Shown here: in pieces, positions 59,161-64,000 of the stretch
Numbering within the stretch: the first letter of the stretch is position 1
Layout of the letters: the number at the start of each line of letters is the position of its first letter
Source of the DNA: Escherichia phage vB_EcoM_TU01
DNA length: 64,000 nucleotides
Direction: 5' to 3' (one strand)
Sequence record: MZ560701
Translations under genes and position numbers: made by a program
Notes under the pieces: generated by a model
Told to the model about the DNA's origin: nothing
The model's database searches: none
The model's input: the letters and a program-made list of their open reading frames with translations, nothing else

Positions 59161-59880
59161 ATGTTTAAGAAATACAGCAGTCTTGAAAACCACTACAACT
59201 CTAAGTTTATTGAAAAACTCTACACTAATGGTTTGACTACCGGTGTTTGGGTAGCACGTGAGAAAATCCATGGGACCAACTTCTCGTTAATAATTGAACG
59301 TGACAACGTCACATGCGCCAAGCGCACAGGCCCTATTCTTCCAGCAGAAGATTTTTATGGTTACGAAATCGTACTCAAGAAGTATGATAAAGCTATTAAA
59401 GCCGTTCAGGAATTCATGTACACAGCTCGAGCCGTATCATATCAAGTATTCGGTGAATTCGCTGGTGGTGGAATCCAGAAAGGTGTTGACTACGGTGAAA
59501 AAGATTTTTATGTGTTCGATATCCTTATCAATACAGAAAGTGGTGATAATACGTATTTGACCGATTACGAAATGCAAGATTTCTGTAATGAATTCGGTTT
59601 TAAAATGGCACCAATGCTTGGTCGTGGCACATTTGATGCTCTTATCATGATTCCAAATGACCTTGATTCTGTCTTAGCCGCTTATAATGCTACTGCGTCA
59701 GAAGACCTTGTAGAAGCAAATAATTGTGTATTTGATGCTAATGTTATTGGTGATAATACTGCAGAAGGTTATGTTCTGAAGCCCTGTTTCCCTAAATGGC
59801 TGCCAAACGGTACTCGTGTAGCTATTAAGTGCAAGAACTCTAAATTCAGTGAAAAGAAAAAGTCTGATAAAGCCTATTAA
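59161..59880 (+). CDS. rnlB: RNA ligase 2, N-terminal nucleotidyltransferase domain (gene split by frameshift)
   Basis: 239 aa; adenylation motif KIHGTN; ORF stops where the T4 Rnl2 C-terminal domain should continue. Confidence 0.85.
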   Translation: MFKKYSSLENHYNSKFIEKLYTNGLTTGVWVAREKIHGTNFSLIIERDNVTCAKRTGPILPAEDFYGYEIVLKKYDKAIKAVQEFMYTARAVSYQVFGEFAGGGIQKGVDYGEKDFYVFDILINTESGDNTYLTDYEMQDFCNEFGFKMAPMLGRGTFDALIMIPNDLDSVLAAYNATASEDLVEANNCVFDANVIGDNTAEGYVLKPCFPKWLPNGTRVAIKCKNSKFSEKKKSDKAY

Positions 59881-60160
59881 AACTCAGGTTCCGTTAACCG
59901 AAATTGACAAAAACTTGCTTGATGTTCTAGCTTGTTATGTTACATTAAATCGTATTAATAATGTGATTTCTAAGATTGGGACTGTAACGCCAAAAGATTT
60001 TGGCAAAGTGATGGGATTGACTGTTCAAGATATTCTGGAAGAAACTTCTCGTGAAGGTATTGTATTAACATCATCTGATAATCCGAATCTTGTTAAGAAA
60101 GAATTAGTCCGAATGGTGCAAGATGTTCTGCGTCCTGCATGGATTGAATTAGTATCATAA
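59849..60160 (+). CDS. rnlB: RNA ligase 2, C-terminal domain fragment (+1 frame)
   Basis: overlapping +1-frame ORF continuing as an Rnl2-like C-terminal domain; no independent RBS. Confidence 0.7.
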   Translation: MKRKSLIKPIKTQVPLTEIDKNLLDVLACYVTLNRINNVISKIGTVTPKDFGKVMGLTVQDILEETSREGIVLTSSDNPNLVKKELVRMVQDVLRPAWIELVS

Positions 60161-60168
60161 CGAAAAAA

Positions 60169-60192
60169 GGGACCCTACGGTCCCTTTTTTTT
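60169..60192. terminator. bidirectional terminator between rnlB and gene 24
   Basis: A6-GGGACC-CTAC-GGTCCC-T8 between convergent genes. Confidence 0.85.
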
Positions 60193-61474
60193 ATTCATCA
60201 ATAATAATTTTNGGNANNTTAACACCGAGTAAAACAGACAAGTCTGAACGTCCTGCCATTTTATCCATGTCCCCACCATCAATTATTCTCGCTTCTTTTT
60301 CGTCTTTTGCTACTGTGTAAGGATTTGCTGATAAAGCATATCTAACCAATAATCCGATAGACGGTTGCAAGCTTTCTGGATCAACTACAACTTTAAAAGC
60401 ACCGACGTGTTCCGGGTCATCTAAATCTACTCCTTCAGTGTATGGAGCATAAAAGATGGACCCTACAATTTCTTTTTCGCCGATATTTTCTACAACACCC
60501 ACAATAACATAATCTAACGGACTGTTGGTATCGCAGTAAAGAGGTAATCCATTTGCCAAGAATCCATAAGCATTTTGTGAAAGATACTTGTCATCTTCTG
60601 GCTTATGTTTTAACCAACCGGAAGCAGCAAGAATAGCAGCTGCACGAGCTGAGGCTACACAAAACGTTGCAGTATAAGTTGTCTCTTTTTGAATGTGTGA
60701 TACCATTTCACACACCATTCGATATAATGAACGACCTGCTTCTGGAGCGGATGCATAGCTCAAGTCAATAAATCCGGTGTCAGTAATTCCAGTAACTTTA
60801 TAACGTTTCGATACAGTAATTAAAGACTGAAGGATATCTTTATTAATTTCATCAGCCATTTCAGTAGCAAGCAAATCTTCTAAGAAGTTAGGGGCATCAA
60901 ATCCATTCGCTTCCAAATCTTGCGCTAATTCAACCGTGAGACCAGTTTTAAGTTTACGAGATTTGACTGAAGTTTGCCATTTATTAATCTGGAATCTTGC
61001 ATCAGAAATTTCGCTATCAGAGCTTTCAAATTTGCTTGTTACCGCTGCATCTGAAAATAACCGTACCTTTAAATGAACGACTGCAATCTGAAGAGCTAAT
61101 TCTAGATCACTTTCTTGAATATCTGCAAATGGTGTATCTTCTAACACTTTATAGACGATATTATTATATTTGAAAAAATCGCCTTTATTTAGTGTGACTT
61201 TTGATTCTTCTGTGAGCTCAGTAATTTTTTCTCGGTCTACATATCCAACTTCGCCCGCATAAGTAGCACCAGTTTTAAATGTGAATTCGTTATCTGGGTT
61301 AAGATATTTGATACCATAAAAAGCAGCAACAGGTTGATTAGTTCTTTGTGTTGCTACAATGTCAGAATATATTAATTTAGTCGTAGCGCGAGTCAAAGCA
61401 ACGAGATTTGGGCGACCAACTGAGTTGCTAGTAGACGTTGTAGATTCACGCAATAATTTTTGGATTTTACTCAT
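60191..61474 (-). CDS. 24: capsid vertex protein gp24
   Basis: 427 aa (T4 gp24 427 aa); gp23-like fold. Confidence 0.95.
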   Translation of the reverse strand: MSKIQKLLRESTTSTSNSVGRPNLVALTRATTKLIYSDIVATQRTNQPVAAFYGIKYLNPDNEFTFKTGATYAGEVGYVDREKITELTEESKVTLNKGDFFKYNNIVYKVLEDTPFADIQESDLELALQIAVVHLKVRLFSDAAVTSKFESSDSEISDARFQINKWQTSVKSRKLKTGLTVELAQDLEANGFDAPNFLEDLLATEMADEINKDILQSLITVSKRYKVTGITDTGFIDLSYASAPEAGRSLYRMVCEMVSHIQKETTYTATFCVASARAAAILAASGWLKHKPEDDKYLSQNAYGFLANGLPLYCDTNSPLDYVIVGVVENIGEKEIVGSIFYAPYTEGVDLDDPEHVGAFKVVVDPESLQPSIGLLVRYALSANPYTVAKDEKEARIIDGGDMDKMAGRSDLSVLLGVXXXKIIIDE

Positions 61475-61501
61475 TGCATTTTTTCCTTATGTGATATAGA
61501 T

Positions 61502-61509
61502 TATTTATA
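61502..61509 (-). promoter_or_regulatory. late promoter of gene 24
   Basis: TATAAATA on the - strand about 28 nt upstream of gene 24. Confidence 0.75.
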
Positions 61510-61515
61510 AAGATT

Positions 61516-61545
61516 GTTTACAACGTATTTGGTATGTGATACTAT
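61516..61545 (+). promoter_or_regulatory. early promoter for the 24/23 intergenic ORF
   Basis: GTTTAC, 18 bp, TGtgaTACTAT. Confidence 0.6.
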
Positions 61546-61575
61546 AGACTTATCAACTACAGAGGAGTAAACAAA

Positions 61576-61845
61576 ATGACTAAAGCACGTTTCTTACGAG
61601 ATACTTTAAAAGTTCTGGAAGCTGAAGCAGTTAAGTTAGTAGAAAAATATGGTGCAAAAGTTAATGGTAATGCCTTCAACAAAGTATGGATGAAAGTTGA
61701 TTCCGAAGCTCGAGCTAAAGGTTATTGGGCCACTGATAAACTTGCGTCATTCAAAAACAAAGATGGTTCTCTGGCATATGTCCAAGAAGGTATGCCTAAT
61801 TGGCAAAATATTTTGAAAACTTACATTGAAATTGCACAGAAATAA
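61576..61845 (+). CDS. hypothetical protein (at the T4 segD position)
   Basis: 89-aa ORF between 24 and 23 with its own early promoter; no GIY-YIG or HNH motifs. Confidence 0.65.
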   Translation: MTKARFLRDTLKVLEAEAVKLVEKYGAKVNGNAFNKVWMKVDSEARAKGYWATDKLASFKNKDGSLAYVQEGMPNWQNILKTYIEIAQK

Positions 61846-61855
61846 AACCAAAAAT

Positions 61856-61873
61856 GGGAGACCGAAGTCTCCC
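61856..61873 (-). terminator. intrinsic terminator after gene 23
   Basis: GGGAGAC-UUCG-GUCUCCC on the - strand followed by a U-run. Confidence 0.8.
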
Positions 61874-61897
61874 AAAATAAGATTTAATCAATTAAGA

Positions 61898-63466
61898 TTA
61901 GATGCCTTTTACATATACACGGCGGAAGTAAGCGTTCTTACCAAGGCTGTTCAGGATAGACGGCATACCGGACTGGATGCGAGCACCTGGAGCCTGCAGG
62001 GAACTTTCAGCAAACGGGTTAACACCGATACCGTAACGAGTTTTAAAGCCCATTACCGGCTGGAAGTTCTTAGGATCGGAACCACGCAGTGGGGTAAGTG
62101 CAACGTAAGGAGCATAGTAAATACCTGCATCCATTTCGTTAGCGCCTTTGTAACCAACGGTGAAGTAATCCTGTTTAGCATACTGGTCGATGTATACGCG
62201 GTATTTACCACCAAGTACACCGGCAAATACAGACTTAGTAGTGTCGGTATTAAAACCAGAAGCCAGACCCTGTGCAGCGTAAGAAATACCAGTGTCAACT
62301 GAAGCCAGTACGTTAACTACGTTACGGGAAGCGATAATGAAGTTACCTTCACCACGACCGGTTTGACGAGCAATTTCAACTGCTTCTTTATCAATCTGGA
62401 ACAACAGAGATTTAAAGCTTTCACCGGCCCAACGAGCACCACGGATATCAATCGGGTCCTGGAAGTCAAATACGCCAGCTTTAGAACCCGGAGTCAGGGT
62501 CATACCAGATTTACCAACCTGTGCCGAGTAGTTAATCCAATCAACAACTTCACGGTTGATTTCTAGCATAATTTCAGTAGCCAGAATACCGCTCAGTTCA
62601 GCATCAGCATCCATACCGTGTACTGCACGGAGGTCTTGTGCTAATTCGATAGAGTAAGCAGCTTTCAGCTGGCGAGATTTAGCTTCGATAACTTGTTTAT
62701 CGATACGGAAGCCCATTTCATTCCATGGGTTATCGGTAGAACCGTTGAAACCTTCCTGGAGTTCAGCGATAGAAGTAGCCATACCTTCAGCGATTTCTAC
62801 CAGTGCACCAGCTTCCATTTGTTTCTTAACTTCTGCATCTAATTTAGCTGCATCAGTTGCACCAGAATCAAGTGTTACGACAGCAGAAGCTTGCAGATAT
62901 ACAGTACCAGTTTCTTGGAAGAAGTGAGTATAGATATCACCTACAACAGTAGTAGTGTCAGCAGCCAGAGCTGGGAATTTCTTAGCAGCACCCTGACCAG
63001 AGAACATCGCGTCTGGGGCATACATCGGATGGAAAGCTTCTTTAGCGCCAGCAGCGATAGGGTCTTTACCATATACTGCACGGAGAGCAAATACCTGACC
63101 GGTAGGGCTGTTCATAGGCTGAACACCACAAATATCAAAAGCGATCAGATTAGGAATAGCACGACGAACCATACCCATAACTGCTGGCCCAATTTGGGTT
63201 ACTGCACCAGAGGTTTGACCTGCTGCGATGTTCTGAGCATTATAACCGTGGTCACCACCAATTTCAGCTTCGGTCAAGAAAGAACCAAATGCCTGAGCGA
63301 TTTTCTCGTCTTTATATTCAGGGGATACTTCGAAATCTTTTTCCTGGTTTTCGAAGATTTTAGCGATAATAGCCTGCTTGCTATTAGCGATTTCCGGCAG
63401 GCCTTCACCTTCCAGCAGTTCTTTCCATTTGTCTACGAGCTGAGCTTTAGTTTTGATAGTAGTCAT
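61898..63466 (-). CDS. 23: major capsid protein gp23
   Basis: 522 aa (T4 gp23 521 aa); followed by a strong hairpin terminator. Confidence 0.97.
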   Translation of the reverse strand: MTTIKTKAQLVDKWKELLEGEGLPEIANSKQAIIAKIFENQEKDFEVSPEYKDEKIAQAFGSFLTEAEIGGDHGYNAQNIAAGQTSGAVTQIGPAVMGMVRRAIPNLIAFDICGVQPMNSPTGQVFALRAVYGKDPIAAGAKEAFHPMYAPDAMFSGQGAAKKFPALAADTTTVVGDIYTHFFQETGTVYLQASAVVTLDSGATDAAKLDAEVKKQMEAGALVEIAEGMATSIAELQEGFNGSTDNPWNEMGFRIDKQVIEAKSRQLKAAYSIELAQDLRAVHGMDADAELSGILATEIMLEINREVVDWINYSAQVGKSGMTLTPGSKAGVFDFQDPIDIRGARWAGESFKSLLFQIDKEAVEIARQTGRGEGNFIIASRNVVNVLASVDTGISYAAQGLASGFNTDTTKSVFAGVLGGKYRVYIDQYAKQDYFTVGYKGANEMDAGIYYAPYVALTPLRGSDPKNFQPVMGFKTRYGIGVNPFAESSLQAPGARIQSGMPSILNSLGKNAYFRRVYVKGI

Positions 63467-63483
63467 TTGTGTTAACCTTTAAA

Positions 63484-64000
63484 TTAGAAACGAGATGCGA
63501 CTTTCGCATATAAACTTACATTAGAATTCTGTTCTACCTGAGTTGTGGTAGTGTCAACTGCTTCGGCGACAAAATTAAGACCGGCAGCGTCATTGTCAAC
63601 TGTATTTATACTTTCGGTAATAGCGGCTTCTTCTTTAGTAGAACCTTTAACCATTTCTACAATAGCAGTTAACTTAGTACCAAATGCGTCAGAATAATCC
63701 ATACCTTCAACCAGGCCAATAACTTTTTCTTTCTGAGATTCAGTCAGGTCTTTTACGCTTTCATTAATAGCGGTTTCACGCTGAACGTAATTGATATATG
63801 CATCACGTTTGGTAACTTCTTCGAACAAACGAGCGGTTTCTTCTTTATGTTCGGCCAGCTCTTCTTCCATTTCTGCTACAACATCTACAGATTCTTCTGG
63901 AACAACAACGTTATGTTCAACAAACAGTTCTTTCAGACCACCAAGCATGGATTCGAACAAATCAGCTTTAATGCCTTTATCAACTGCGATTTGGTTTTCT
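63484..64000 (-). CDS. 22: prohead core scaffold protein gp22 (5' end beyond window)
   Basis: C-terminal part ...LFESMLGGLKELFVEHNVVVPEE...YAKVASRF matches T4 gp22; frame stays open to the window edge. Confidence 0.9.
   Translation of the reverse strand, partial: ENQIAVDKGIKADLFESMLGGLKELFVEHNVVVPEESVDVVAEMEEELAEHKEETARLFEEVTKRDAYINYVQRETAINESVKDLTESQKEKVIGLVEGMDYSDAFGTKLTAIVEMVKGSTKEEAAITESINTVDNDAAGLNFVAEAVDTTTTQVEQNSNVSLYAKVASRF
63603..63610 (-). promoter_or_regulatory. late promoter of gene 23 (inside gene 22)
   Basis: TATAAATA on the - strand about 137 nt upstream of gene 23. Confidence 0.6.

Overview
This window is one contiguous ~64-kb piece of a T4-like (Tequatrovirus-type) myovirus genome, colinear with the T4 map from rIIA to gene 22 but reverse-complemented relative to the usual T4 orientation. 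All calls rest on reading the supplied ORF translations against remembered T4 protein sequences and motifs; no database search was run. Order of modules: rIIA-rIIB-(denB region)-ndd-ac-52-motA-(small ORFs)-asiA on the + strand; holin t, 38, 37, 36, 35, 34 on the - strand; then rnh-dsbA-33-59-32-frd-td-nrdA-nrdB-denA-rnlA-alc-spanins-pseT-cd-31-rIII-30-alt on the + strand; baseplate hub 54-48-29-28-27-51 (-) and 26-25-uvsY (+); uvsW (-); inh-hoc-rnlB (+); 24 and 23 (-); 22 is cut by the window end. The region is densely punctuated by T4-style early promoters (GTTTAC...TGnTATAAT), late promoters (TATAAATA), MotA-box middle promoters and GGGAGAC-UUCG-GUCUCCC type hairpin terminators. The main departure from T4 is a complete class I DAHP synthase gene (AroG/AroF-like, 35700..36692) translationally coupled to dCMP deaminase, a candidate auxiliary metabolic gene. 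Other points worth a second look: a +1 frameshift splitting rnlB; a NADAR-like plus HAD-phosphatase pair upstream of DNA ligase; a duplicated promoter/leader cassette around motA; early promoters embedded in co-varying inverted repeats; intron-less td and nrdB with no seg homing-endonuclease genes; and a variable block of small ORFs between motA and asiA. Runs and scattered single N characters are treated as masking, not biology. No tRNA, rRNA, CRISPR array or transposase was found.
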